Shown piece by piece: positions 1 to 8,302 of a stretch of DNA of 36,158 nucleotides. Under the pieces are notes generated by a model, which made no database searches, was not told the DNA's origin, and saw only the letters and a list, made by a program, of their open reading frames with translations. Position 1 is the first letter of the stretch. Every line of letters begins with the position of its first letter. Source of the DNA: an uncultured Eubacteriales bacterium (lineage in GTDB: Bacteria > Bacillota > Clostridia > Oscillospirales > Oscillospiraceae); NCBI GenBank assembly GCA_958427375.1, contig CAUABY010000001.1, forward strand, positions 1 through 36,158. Reading direction: 5' to 3'. The position numbers and the translations under genes were made by a program.

Positions 1-526
1 TCAGAGCTTCGTCCGAGGTATCGACGCCGAGCTTGTCATGCAGGGGCTGGAGGACGTGCGCGCGGAGCTGTTCGCGGAAGTGGTTGTAGCTGTTCTCATT
101 GGTCTTGAACGGGACATCGCTGAATTCGCAGAAGAAATTATCGTTGTCAATAATGCGCATATCCTTTACGGAGTCAATATTCTTCTGCTGCAGATGCTCC
201 TGGAAGCGGCAGGTAGCGGTGCAGGTCTCGGTCGCCATCTGCGCATCAAGGAAGTTGTAGCCGCCTTCGAGCGCGCGCTCAAGCAGGCTTCTTGCATAGT
301 GACATACGCGGGCGGACATGTAATAGGTCGCAATGTCCGGGGAGGTGCAGCGCGGCGCTCTGAGTCTGACAGAGAAGCAGCCGGGCAGGTCGAGGAGCAC
401 TTCAGGCATGAAGTAGCAGGTGTAGCCGATTGCAAACTTGCCGTCGGCCTTGGCCTTCTGAACAAGCGCGTTGTTGGCCTCCTGAAGCAGATCCTCAAAG
501 AAGATTAGATGCTTTAGATCTTTCAC
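1..526 (-). CDS. 2-hydroxyacyl-CoA dehydratase family subunit (HgdB/HadC/FldC, BcrC/BadD-like), N-terminal ~175 codons; rest lies outside the window
   Basis: Not in the ORF track. GTG at 526-524 sits 6 nt after GGAGGG (538-533), and the frame stays open to nt 1. Translation VKDLKHLIFFEDLLQEANNALVQKAKADGKFAIGYTCYFMPEVLLDLPGC...MATETCTATCRF resembles N-termini of the dehydratase family. The listed + ORF 38..508 is its antisense shadow. Confidence 0.7.
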   Translation of the reverse strand, partial: MKDLKHLIFFEDLLQEANNALVQKAKADGKFAIGYTCYFMPEVLLDLPGCFSVRLRAPRCTSPDIATYYMSARVCHYARSLLERALEGGYNFLDAQMATETCTATCRFQEHLQQKNIDSVKDMRIIDNDNFFCEFSDVPFKTNENSYNHFREQLRAHVLQPLHDKLGVDTSDEAL

Positions 527-624
527 GGATAACCCTCCAATATTCACTTTTTCGTACTTGGGTCTTATCGCATCATTTATGTATTATGTATGCTCAAATG
601 CGAAGCATTACCCCTTCTTACTAT

Positions 625-653
625 ATTTTAGCAGTCCGTCAAGACTTTGTCAA
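625..653 (-). promoter_or_regulatory. sigma-A-like promoter for the dehydratase-family gene
   Basis: On the minus strand: TTGACA (653-648), 17-nt spacer, TAAAAT (630-625), about 95 nt upstream of the GTG start. Confidence 0.5.
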
Positions 654-663
654 TTAAAAATAT

Positions 664-694
664 ACAAAAAAGCCCGCTGAAACGGGCTTTTTTG
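664..694 (-). terminator. rho-independent terminator after alaX
   Basis: AAAGCCCG (669-676), loop CTGAAA, CGGGCTTT (683-690). A-run and T-run flank it on both sides. On the minus strand the hairpin is followed by TTTTTTG. Confidence 0.8.
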
Positions 695-716
695 TTGTAC
701 AATTTATGCAATTTGT

Positions 717-1874
717 CTAAACAATGTCATGTTTTATGAATTTTTGTATGCTCTCGGCGTTTTTTGCCGCGCGGCCTTGCAGCATTTCGCTCCTGCCGCC
801 GCCTCTGCCGTCTATCCCGGCATTTATCTCGCGGCTGTGCTTTTTTAAGTCCACATGGCGCGAGCCGATGATATACCTGTAGCCCTCATCGTCATTGCCG
901 GAGAAAGCCGCGGCATAGCCCGTACACTTTTCGCTCAGGAGATTTACAAGCTCGCGCAGAGCGACCTCATCCAAAAGCTCATCAAAAACGCAGATATTCC
1001 CCTCGCACGCCGGAATGGCTTCCGCCCGCATATGGACTGCCGCCATGCTGAGCTCCGCAATGCGTTCTTTGAGCTTCTGCTCGCCCGCGGCAAAACGCGC
1101 GGCCGCTGCGCCGGTCTCATTCCGCGGGACGCTGAACACCCTGGACACGGCGCTGACATTATCCTGCATCACGCGCACAGCGTCCAGCGCGTCCATCCCG
1201 CAGACAAGGCTCACGCGCACACCGCCCCGGTGGCGCATGGAGTCCAAAACCTTTATAAAGCCTATCTCACCCGTGACCGCGACGTGCGGCGCACAGCAGG
1301 CGCAGATATCAATTCCCGCAATCTCCACTATGCGCACATTCTCCGTCAGCTCAAGCTTGCTGCGGTAGTCAAGCGCTTTCAGCTCCTGAGGAGACGGGAA
1401 CCAGGCCTTTATGGGTATATTATCGCGCACGGCCTCGTTTGCAAGGCGCTCTATCTCCATAAGCTCTTCCCAGTCGAGCTCCTTGTCAAAGTCGATGGTC
1501 ATAAACTCGCTGCCCATGTGAAAGCCCACGTTATTCGCCCCGTGCAGTCTGTGCGTGATGCCGGAGACAACGTGCTCGCCGGAGTGATTCTGCATGCGGC
1601 GTCGGCGCTGCTCGGCATCTATGGCACAGTCGTACTCCGCGCCCGGCTCAAGCGGCGCGGTCGTATAATGCCGGATTTCCCCGCCGCGCTCCTGCACGTC
1701 CGTCACGCGGACACCGCCTATCACGCCCGTATCGGCAAGCTGGCCGCCGCCCTCCGGGAAGAACGCGGTCTTATCAAGGCACAGCGCCCAGCCGTCCTCG
1801 GTTTTCTCGCAGGCGGTGACACGCGCGGAAAAGCGCGCAAGGCGGCTGTTGTGATAGTAAAGCTTTTCTGTCAT
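717..1874 (-). CDS. alaX: alanyl-tRNA editing protein AlaX-L (Ser/Gly-tRNA(Ala) deacylase)
   Basis: 385 aa. Carries the HxxxH (HSGEH) and CxxxH (CCAPH) zinc motifs of the AlaRS/ThrRS second additional domain. The C-terminal GGGR...G region looks DHHA1-like. GAGGG RBS. Confidence 0.85.
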   Translation of the reverse strand: MTEKLYYHNSRLARFSARVTACEKTEDGWALCLDKTAFFPEGGGQLADTGVIGGVRVTDVQERGGEIRHYTTAPLEPGAEYDCAIDAEQRRRRMQNHSGEHVVSGITHRLHGANNVGFHMGSEFMTIDFDKELDWEELMEIERLANEAVRDNIPIKAWFPSPQELKALDYRSKLELTENVRIVEIAGIDICACCAPHVAVTGEIGFIKVLDSMRHRGGVRVSLVCGMDALDAVRVMQDNVSAVSRVFSVPRNETGAAAARFAAGEQKLKERIAELSMAAVHMRAEAIPACEGNICVFDELLDEVALRELVNLLSEKCTGYAAAFSGNDDEGYRYIIGSRHVDLKKHSREINAGIDGRGGGRSEMLQGRAAKNAESIQKFIKHDIV

Positions 1875-1883
1875 GCGCCGCCC

Positions 1884-3050
1884 TCAGTACAGCACGCGCA
1901 CGCGCAGAACGTCCTTCATGCCGCGTATTGCGTCCGCGACCTCGTTGTCGATTCTCTCGCCAAGGTCGACGATGGTATAGGCGTACTTGTCGCGCGGCTT
2001 GTTTATCATGTGCTCAACGTTTATGTTGCGCTCACTGATGAAGTCAAGGATTCTTGTAATCATCCTCGGCACATTGTGGTGGATGACGCACAGGCGGCAC
2101 ACGCCCATGCGGCCCAGTGACGCGTTCGGGAGGTTGACGGAGTTTTTGATGTTGCCGTTGAGCAGGTAGTCATACAGCTCCAGCGCGGCCATCTGCGCGC
2201 ATCTGTCCTCGCTCTCCGGGGTGACAGCGCCGAGATGCGGCATGGCAATCACGTTCGGCGCTTTCAAAATCTGCTCATTGGGGAAATCCGTGACGTATTT
2301 TGCAACCTTGCCGGATTTGAGCGCGGCGGTCATGGCCTCATCGTCCACCACCTCACCGCGGGACTCGTTCACAATGCGCACACCGTCACGCATCTGCGCA
2401 AAGGCCTCAGCGTTGAACATATGCGCGGTCTGCTCGGTATAGGGCACATTGATGCTGATATAGTCGCTGTTTGCGTAGATATCCTCAATATTCTCACAGC
2501 GTATGACTTCGCGCGAGAGCTGCCACGCAGCCTCGACCGACATGAAGGGGTCATGCCCGTAAACTACCATCCCCAGCTCCAGCGCCATGTTCGCAACCAG
2601 CGCGCCAACCGCGCCAAGGCCGATAACGCCGAGGTTCTTATCCATGAGTTCCGGGCCGATGAAGGCGGACTTGCCCTTTTCCACAAGCTTTGGTATATCC
2701 CCGCCGCGGTCAGCGATGGACTTGACCCAGTCGATAGCGCCCAGCACATCGCGCGATGCCATAACCAGCGAGCACAGCTCCTGCTCTTTGACGGCCACGG
2801 CATTCGCGCCGGGGCTGTTGAAAACAACGATTCCGCGCTCGGCGCAGTCATCAATGGGAATGTTATTGTAGCCCGCGCCCGCGCGCCCGATTGCGAGCAG
2901 CTCCGGGTTAAATTCATATCTGTGCAGATCCGCCGAGCGGATGAGCATGCCGTCGGGGTTCTCCACATCCTTACCGACGGTGCAGCCGCGCTTTGTCAGC
3001 ACCTCTATACCGGCGCGGGATATCTCGTTCATGGTTTTTATATTAAACAT
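1884..3050 (-). CDS. serA: D-3-phosphoglycerate dehydrogenase with C-terminal ACT domain
   Basis: D-2-hydroxyacid dehydrogenase fold (GLGAVG NAD loop) with an ACT-like tail (CVIHHNVPRMITRILDFISERNINVEHMIN). Start moved to ATG 3050 (MFNIKT), 9 nt after GAGG; the track start at 3065 is a TTG. Confidence 0.9.
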   Translation of the reverse strand: MFNIKTMNEISRAGIEVLTKRGCTVGKDVENPDGMLIRSADLHRYEFNPELLAIGRAGAGYNNIPIDDCAERGIVVFNSPGANAVAVKEQELCSLVMASRDVLGAIDWVKSIADRGGDIPKLVEKGKSAFIGPELMDKNLGVIGLGAVGALVANMALELGMVVYGHDPFMSVEAAWQLSREVIRCENIEDIYANSDYISINVPYTEQTAHMFNAEAFAQMRDGVRIVNESRGEVVDDEAMTAALKSGKVAKYVTDFPNEQILKAPNVIAMPHLGAVTPESEDRCAQMAALELYDYLLNGNIKNSVNLPNASLGRMGVCRLCVIHHNVPRMITRILDFISERNINVEHMINKPRDKYAYTIVDLGERIDNEVADAIRGMKDVLRVRVLY

Positions 3051-4122
3051 GGTGTTTGACCTCAAATTCTTTCATGTATTCCGCAAGCGAGCGCGCGCCC
3101 TCAAGCGGCATGGCGTTATAGAGTGAGGCGCGCATGCCTCCCGCGAGCTTGTGACCCTTGACATTGACAAGGCCGCGCACCGCCGCGCCTTTTATAAACT
3201 CTGCGTCAAGCTCCGCGTCCGGTGTGCGGAAGGTCACGTTCATATCGCTCCTTGAGCCGGGCCTTGCGTGGGCGATATAGAACGCGCTGTTGTCGAGCAC
3301 ATCATATATAAGCCCCGCGCGCTCGCGCTTGAGCTGCTGCATAGCGGCAGTGCCGCCCTGCTCCTCAAGCCAGTCGAGCATGAGCGAGAGCATGTAAATA
3401 CACCAGCAGGGCGGGGTGTTGAGCATGGAGTCTTTCTCAATAAGCGTTTTGTAGCTCATAACCTCCGGGGTGACGGCAAGCTCACGCCCGGCAAGGCGCT
3501 TATCTATGATGACAACCGTCAATCCCGCGGGTGCCATGTTCTTCTGCGCCCCGGCGTATATAAGGCCGTACTTTGAAACGTCCACCGGCTTTGAGAGAAT
3601 GTCGGAGGACATGTCGCACACCAGCGGCGCGGCGGTCTCCGGGACATACTGCCACTCGGTGCCGTAAATAGTGTTGTTCGCGCAGTAGTAGAAATACTTC
3701 GCGCCCTGCGTGAGCCGAAGCTCGGACTGCGCGGGTATATGGTCGTGCCCCGCGGCGGAGCTGTCATAGGCTATGTTCACCGCGCCGTACTTTGCCGCCT
3801 CTTTCGCGGCCTTATTTGAAAAGTTGCCGGTCACGGCATAGTCCGCCGTGCCGCCTTGCATCAGATTCATCGGTATGGCGGCAAATTGCAGCGTCGCCCC
3901 GCCTTGCAGGAAAAGCACCTCGTGCGTGTCCGGCACATTGAGCGCGGCCTTGAGCTTGGCCTTCGCCCCGTCAAATATCTCCTGAAAAACGGTGCTGCGG
4001 TGGCTCATCTCCATCACGGACATACCACAGCCGCGGTAGTTCAAAATCTCCGCCCCCGCGCGCGTGAGCACGCTGACCGGCATGATGGACGGCCCGGCCG
4101 AAAAATTATAAACCCGCTCCAT
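3043..4122 (-). CDS. serC: phosphoserine aminotransferase
   Basis: MERVYNFSAGPSIMP... is the classic SerC N-terminus, and length is about 360 aa. Start set at ATG 4122, 9 nt after AGGAG; the ATG at 4131 abuts the RBS. Confidence 0.92.
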   Translation of the reverse strand: MERVYNFSAGPSIMPVSVLTRAGAEILNYRGCGMSVMEMSHRSTVFQEIFDGAKAKLKAALNVPDTHEVLFLQGGATLQFAAIPMNLMQGGTADYAVTGNFSNKAAKEAAKYGAVNIAYDSSAAGHDHIPAQSELRLTQGAKYFYYCANNTIYGTEWQYVPETAAPLVCDMSSDILSKPVDVSKYGLIYAGAQKNMAPAGLTVVIIDKRLAGRELAVTPEVMSYKTLIEKDSMLNTPPCWCIYMLSLMLDWLEEQGGTAAMQQLKRERAGLIYDVLDNSAFYIAHARPGSRSDMNVTFRTPDAELDAEFIKGAAVRGLVNVKGHKLAGGMRASLYNAMPLEGARSLAEYMKEFEVKHHV

Positions 4123-4187
4123 TATATTCATCTCCTGTTAAATCTTTAATCTGATGCGGACTATTCTATATCTCCATGCCCCGCGTG

Positions 4188-5474
4188 TCAAATAATTTCT
4201 CCCAGCAGCATGTCGCCCTCCACGCCGGTGATGCGCACGTCAAGCGTCTTGCCGCGAAGCTCGGTGCCCTTTGCCCGCACAAGCACATAGGTATCGCTGT
4301 GCCCGGTGAAGCATTCGTCCTCCCGCGTCTCAAAGAGCACCGGCAGTACCTGACCCACGCTCTGCCGCAGAAAGTCCTGCTTCATCTCCTCGGCGATGAG
4401 CGCGGCCTCATGTGCGCGCGCTGCCTTGAGCGCGTTTGCGCACTGGCCGGGCATTTTGTCCGCGGGCGTGCCGGGGCGGCGGGAGTAGGGGAAGATGTGC
4501 ATATCCGAAAAGGCACAGCGGCGGATGAAAGAGAGTGTCGCAGCCTGATCCTCGTCCGTCTCGCCGGGGAAACCGGTGATTAGGTCGCAGGTCAGCCCAC
4601 AGCCGGGGAAATACTCGCGCAGAAGCTCCACGGCGCGGTAAAACCGCGCGGTGTCGTACTTGCGGTTCATGTTTTTCAGCGTCTTGTCACAGCCGGACTG
4701 GAGCGAGAGGTGGAAGTGGCGGCAGAGCCTCTTTGCCGCGGCGAGGCGGCGGCAGAAGTCCTCGGTGATGACCGTCGGCTCAAGCGAGCCAAGGCGTATG
4801 CGAAGATGGGGCGCGGCCTCGGCGCAGGCCGTGATTACATCGGCAAGGCCGGGCTTGCCGGGCAGGTCAACGCCGTATGAGGCGACTTCTATACCCGTGA
4901 GCACAAGCTCCTTGAAGCCCTCCGCGTCGATGCGCGCGGCCTCGCGCACGGCGTCCTCTATGGGCAGGCTCACAAGCCGTCCGCGCGTATAGGGTATGAT
5001 GCAGTAGGAGCAGAAGTTGACACAGCCGTCCTGAATTTTGAGCATGGCACGCGTTCTGCCGCTTGCCGCGCCCGCCGGGAGCTTCTCGATTGCGCGGCGC
5101 TTGAATGGCTCGTCAATATTCCGGCAGCTCTCGCCCTCGCTCACGGCCTTTTCCACAGCCTCCACGAGCTTTGCCCTGTCCGCCGCGCCGAAAATGACCT
5201 TCGCGCCTAATTTTTCTATCTCGTCCGGCTCAATCTGCGAGTAGCAGCCGCATACGGCCAGCACCGCGCCGGGGTTCTCGTCGCGCAGGCGGCGGATGGT
5301 CTGGCGGGACTTGCGCCCGCTCTCCGCCGTGACCGCGCAGGTATTTATAATAACCGCGTCGGCAAGCTCTCCGGGTGCTGCCGCCCTGTGCCCGTGCGAA
5401 TTCAAAATAGTCTCCATGGCCTGTGTCTCATACTGGTTGACCTTGCAGCCAAGAGTGGTTATAATATATTTCAT
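4188..5474 (-). CDS. mtaB: radical-SAM methylthiotransferase, MtaB-type (ms2t6A37 tRNA)
   Basis: N-terminal UPF0004 motif TLGCKVNQYE. Radical SAM motif CVNFCSYC. C-terminal TRAM-like end. Size of 428 aa and overall layout fit MtaB better than MiaB or RimO. Confidence 0.8.
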   Translation of the reverse strand: MKYIITTLGCKVNQYETQAMETILNSHGHRAAAPGELADAVIINTCAVTAESGRKSRQTIRRLRDENPGAVLAVCGCYSQIEPDEIEKLGAKVIFGAADRAKLVEAVEKAVSEGESCRNIDEPFKRRAIEKLPAGAASGRTRAMLKIQDGCVNFCSYCIIPYTRGRLVSLPIEDAVREAARIDAEGFKELVLTGIEVASYGVDLPGKPGLADVITACAEAAPHLRIRLGSLEPTVITEDFCRRLAAAKRLCRHFHLSLQSGCDKTLKNMNRKYDTARFYRAVELLREYFPGCGLTCDLITGFPGETDEDQAATLSFIRRCAFSDMHIFPYSRRPGTPADKMPGQCANALKAARAHEAALIAEEMKQDFLRQSVGQVLPVLFETREDECFTGHSDTYVLVRAKGTELRGKTLDVRITGVEGDMLLGEII

Positions 5475-5531
5475 ACTCTTGCTCCTGTAACTCCTAACCT
5501 AAATATAATAGATAGAAAAGTGTTGATTATA

Positions 5532-6662
5532 ATGGAACATTATTTTGATAACTCCGCCACCACGCGAGTATGTCCGGAGGCTGCCGAGGCGGCGGTTAAC
5601 GCCATGCTCAATGTATACGGCAACCCCAGCTCCACCCACACCAAAGGGCGCGAGGCAAAAAAGCTGCTGGACACAGCGCGCGCCCAGACCGCCGCCGCCC
5701 TCGGCTGCAAGCCGGGGGAGCTTGTGTACACCTCCTGCGGCTCGGAGAGCGACAACTGGGCGCTTTTATCCGGTGCGCAGGCGATGCAGCGGCGCGGCAG
5801 GCACGTAATCTCCTCTGCCGTTGAGCACGATGCCATACGAAAAAGCCTTGACGAGCTTGAGGCGCGCGGCTTTGAGGTCACGCGGCTGATGCCGGATGAG
5901 ACCGGGCGCATCCGCACGGAGGACGTGATAAACGCCCTGCGCGATGATACTATACTCGTTTCTCTCATGCTGGTCAATAACGAAACCGGCGCCGTGACGG
6001 ACATTGCGGGCCTGAGCCGCGCGCTGAAGCGCGCGAAGTCACAGGCGCTGCTGCACACTGACGCAGTGCAGGCCTTTATGAAGCTGCCCTTCACCGCAAA
6101 AAGCCTTGGCGCGGACATGATAAGCATAAGCGGTCACAAAATACACGCGCCCAAGGGCATAGGCGCGCTGTACATAAGAGAGGGACTGCGGCTCAAGCCC
6201 TTCATTGCGGGCGGAGCACAGGAACAGGGTCGGCGCGCAGGCACGGAGGCCATGCCGCAGATAGCCGCCTTGGGCGCGGCCTGCGAGGCGGCGCGGCGGG
6301 ACCTGTCCGGCAATATTGCGCGCATGGCGGGCTTCAAGGCCGAGATTATTGAGCGCCTTTCTGCCGGCATCCCGGAACTGCGCTATATCCCGGCCGATGC
6401 CCCGCACATACTCAGCATATCCCTGCCCGGCTGGCGCAGTGAGGTGTTGATGAACTATCTTGAGGCGCGGGAAGTATATGTATCAAAAAGCTCCGCCTGC
6501 AAAAAGGGCGGGCGGAGTCATGTGCTTGAGGCTGTCGGCCTTGAGCCGAGGGTGATAGACGGCGCGCTGAGAATAGGCCTTTCGCGCTTTACGGCGCAGG
6601 AGGACATTGACGCGCTCTGCGCCGGCTTAAAAGCGGCGCACGACACGCTCGCGCACAACTGA
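5532..6662 (+). CDS. cysteine desulfurase family protein (class V aminotransferase, NifS-like, no scaffold partner)
   Basis: MEHYFDNSATT..., PLP-lysine motif SGHKIHAPKGIGALY, and an SSAC active-site loop. Start trimmed from 5388 to ATG 5532, because the extension overlaps mtaB. Confidence 0.85.
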   Translation: MEHYFDNSATTRVCPEAAEAAVNAMLNVYGNPSSTHTKGREAKKLLDTARAQTAAALGCKPGELVYTSCGSESDNWALLSGAQAMQRRGRHVISSAVEHDAIRKSLDELEARGFEVTRLMPDETGRIRTEDVINALRDDTILVSLMLVNNETGAVTDIAGLSRALKRAKSQALLHTDAVQAFMKLPFTAKSLGADMISISGHKIHAPKGIGALYIREGLRLKPFIAGGAQEQGRRAGTEAMPQIAALGAACEAARRDLSGNIARMAGFKAEIIERLSAGIPELRYIPADAPHILSISLPGWRSEVLMNYLEAREVYVSKSSACKKGGRSHVLEAVGLEPRVIDGALRIGLSRFTAQEDIDALCAGLKAAHDTLAHN

Positions 6663-6702
6663 ACGTCAAACGAAGTTCACGCCGTTCCGTTTCCCTCGCA
6701 GG

Positions 6703-6724
6703 CTCGGAAAACTCTCGGAAAACT
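6703..6724. repeat. tandem 11-mer CTCGGAAAACT x2
   Basis: Perfect tandem duplication at 6703-6713 and 6714-6724, in the convergent intergenic region. Confidence 0.9.
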
Positions 6725-6741
6725 ATACTGCGTTCTCTCCG

Positions 6742-6785
6742 TTTTCCTTTCCAAATCGAACCCGCTGCGCTGGGCTTCGATTTGG
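6742..6785 (+). repeat. 44-bp palindromic intergenic element, copy A
   Basis: TTTTCCTTTCCAAATCGAACCCGCTGCGCTGGGCTTCGATTTGG. The stem is CCAAATCGAA/TTCGATTTGG plus CCC/GGG. It matches the reverse complement of 11010-11053 at 43/44 positions. Confidence 0.9.
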
Positions 6786-6811
6786 TTGAGATAACATTCA
6801 GCAAAACTTTT

Positions 6812-8095
6812 TTAATCTTCGTCCCCGTTGTAGCAGGCCTTTTTCACGCGCTCATAGCTGACAGGGTCTATGTAGTCAACGCCGATGTAGTCCTCCGTTT
6901 TATGCGGGAGGTTGCTTCGCTTGAGCTTTTTATCGACAAGGCTGTTGATGCCCGCGTATATTACAACGAACACCGGCACGCCCAGCAGCATTCCCCAGAA
7001 GCCGAAGAGCCCCGCGCCGAGGATGATTGAAAACATGACCCAAAAGCCGTTGATGCCCGTGGTGCTGCCGAGGATTTTGGGGCCGATGATGTTGCCGTCG
7101 ATCTGCTGCAAGACCACAATCTCAATCACGAAGATGAAGCACTTGACGGGGCTGACCATTAGTATGATGATGGCACTCGGTATCGCGCCGATGAATGGGC
7201 CGAAGAAAGGTATCACATTCGTCACGCCGACAATGACGCTGACAAGCAGGGCATAGGGCATTTTCGTGATGCTGCACACCACATAGCACAGCACGCCCAT
7301 GATAGCCGAGTCCAAAAGCTTGCCGCTTATGAAGCCGGAGAAGGTCTTGTCGGTGAACTTCAGGGCGTGGTGTATCTTCTCGGCAAACTCCACCGAAAAG
7401 ACGCTGTAGAGAAAGCGCTTGGCGTTCGCGCCCGCACTCTCGTGGTTTGCGAGGATGTAGATTGACACGATGATACCGATGATGAGGTTATATACGCTCA
7501 TCACCACATAGTAAACACCCGTCGTCACATTCGTCACCAATGAGCCGAGCTGAGGCAGCACCTTGGACTGAATCCAGTCTATCAGGCTGCTGTTGACATT
7601 GCCCAGAATATCCATCGCGTAATGCTCAAGCTCAGGATAGTCAACAAGGGTGTTCTCTATCCACATGCCGAGGTTATTGATATATGTATTGCTGTTTTTG
7701 ACTATGGTTTCAAGGCTCTGATATAGCTGCGGGATGATAAGCCATACCAAGGCCGCGAGCACGAGCAAAAGAACAATTATAGACACAAGGACGGACATGC
7801 CGCGGGCAAGCTTCCTGCCGTCTTTTTTTTTGCTGCGGCGGTAGATCCGGGCGCACAGCGGGAGAAAAAACGCGTCCTCCATCTTCGTCATCAGCCCTAA
7901 AAGCAGATAGCTTATCACAAGACCCCAGAGGAAAGGGCTTAAAATGTGCATCAACTTTCCTATGGCGTGGCCGAGCGCCGGCAGATAGTTGAGCGCCATA
8001 TAGAAAAGTATGGCCGCCGCGATAACACAAAATGCTGTTATTCCCCAATAAAGGTACTTTTTATCCCATCTGAAATGACGTTTCACACTTTTCAC
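6812..8095 (-). CDS. AI-2E family transporter (UPF0118/PerM/YtvI-like membrane protein)
   Basis: 427 aa and multi-span. The characteristic C-terminal half reads ...VTNVIPFFGPFIGAIPSAIIIL...GPKILGSTTGINGFWVMFSIILG. GTG start at 8095. Confidence 0.8.
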   Translation of the reverse strand: MKSVKRHFRWDKKYLYWGITAFCVIAAAILFYMALNYLPALGHAIGKLMHILSPFLWGLVISYLLLGLMTKMEDAFFLPLCARIYRRSKKKDGRKLARGMSVLVSIIVLLLVLAALVWLIIPQLYQSLETIVKNSNTYINNLGMWIENTLVDYPELEHYAMDILGNVNSSLIDWIQSKVLPQLGSLVTNVTTGVYYVVMSVYNLIIGIIVSIYILANHESAGANAKRFLYSVFSVEFAEKIHHALKFTDKTFSGFISGKLLDSAIMGVLCYVVCSITKMPYALLVSVIVGVTNVIPFFGPFIGAIPSAIIILMVSPVKCFIFVIEIVVLQQIDGNIIGPKILGSTTGINGFWVMFSIILGAGLFGFWGMLLGVPVFVVIYAGINSLVDKKLKRSNLPHKTEDYIGVDYIDPVSYERVKKACYNGDED

Positions 8096-8133
8096 CGTCC
8101 TGCTGTCTATATAAAATAATACGCTCTTTTGTT

Positions 8134-8162
8134 ATTGTACTATTCCCCAGCTTCTCCGTCAA
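8134..8162 (-). promoter_or_regulatory. sigma-A-like promoter for the AI-2E transporter gene
   Basis: On the minus strand: TTGACG (8162-8157), 17 nt, TACAAT (8139-8134). Confidence 0.5.
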
Positions 8163-8270
8163 CTATATTTTTGTTAACAATTGAATACCCTTCGTCACAA
8201 TTCTCTTACAAAAAATAATTCTGGTTATGTCAACTCTTTTCATCATTCCCACAATTTTATTCACATCGGC

Positions 8271-8302
8271 AGTGTTGAAAACTCTGTGGGAAGTGTTGAA
8301 AA
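8271..8302 (+). repeat. direct repeat AGTGTTGAAAA x2, 21-bp period
   Basis: Identical 11-mers at 8271-8281 and 8292-8302, inside a 360-bp AT-rich divergent intergenic region. Confidence 0.85.

Noticed and set aside
38-508. 156-aa plus-strand ORF at the left edge
   Set aside because: It is antisense to a frame that translates into a recognisable 2-hydroxyacyl-CoA dehydratase-family N-terminus with a strong RBS. Its own product is low-complexity (Ala/Gly/Arg/Val-rich) with no RBS.
507-521. 15-mer AGATGCTTTAGATCT shared between 507-521 and 13781-13795
   Set aside because: The flanks do not match, and one such 15-mer coincidence is about what chance predicts for a 36-kb window read on both strands. 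One copy lies within the first codons of a coding sequence.
855-2120. 421-aa plus-strand ORF spanning alaX and serA
   Set aside because: It is a shadow ORF typical of high-GC DNA. It crosses a gene boundary, is His/Arg/Ala-rich, and the opposite strand encodes two proteins with clear family motifs. The same reasoning applies to 2235..3059, 944..1159, 1015..1368 and 2564..2968.
5388-5531. N-terminal extensions of track ORFs (5388, 8357, 13245, 17260, 20018, 30654, 32161)
   Set aside because: The extensions overlap neighbouring genes or cross promoters and terminators, and they lack RBSs. Internal ATGs preceded by GGAGG-type sites coincide with the conserved N-termini (MEHYFDNSATT, signal peptide MKQIL..., MKKTLK..., [38 protein letters not shown]).
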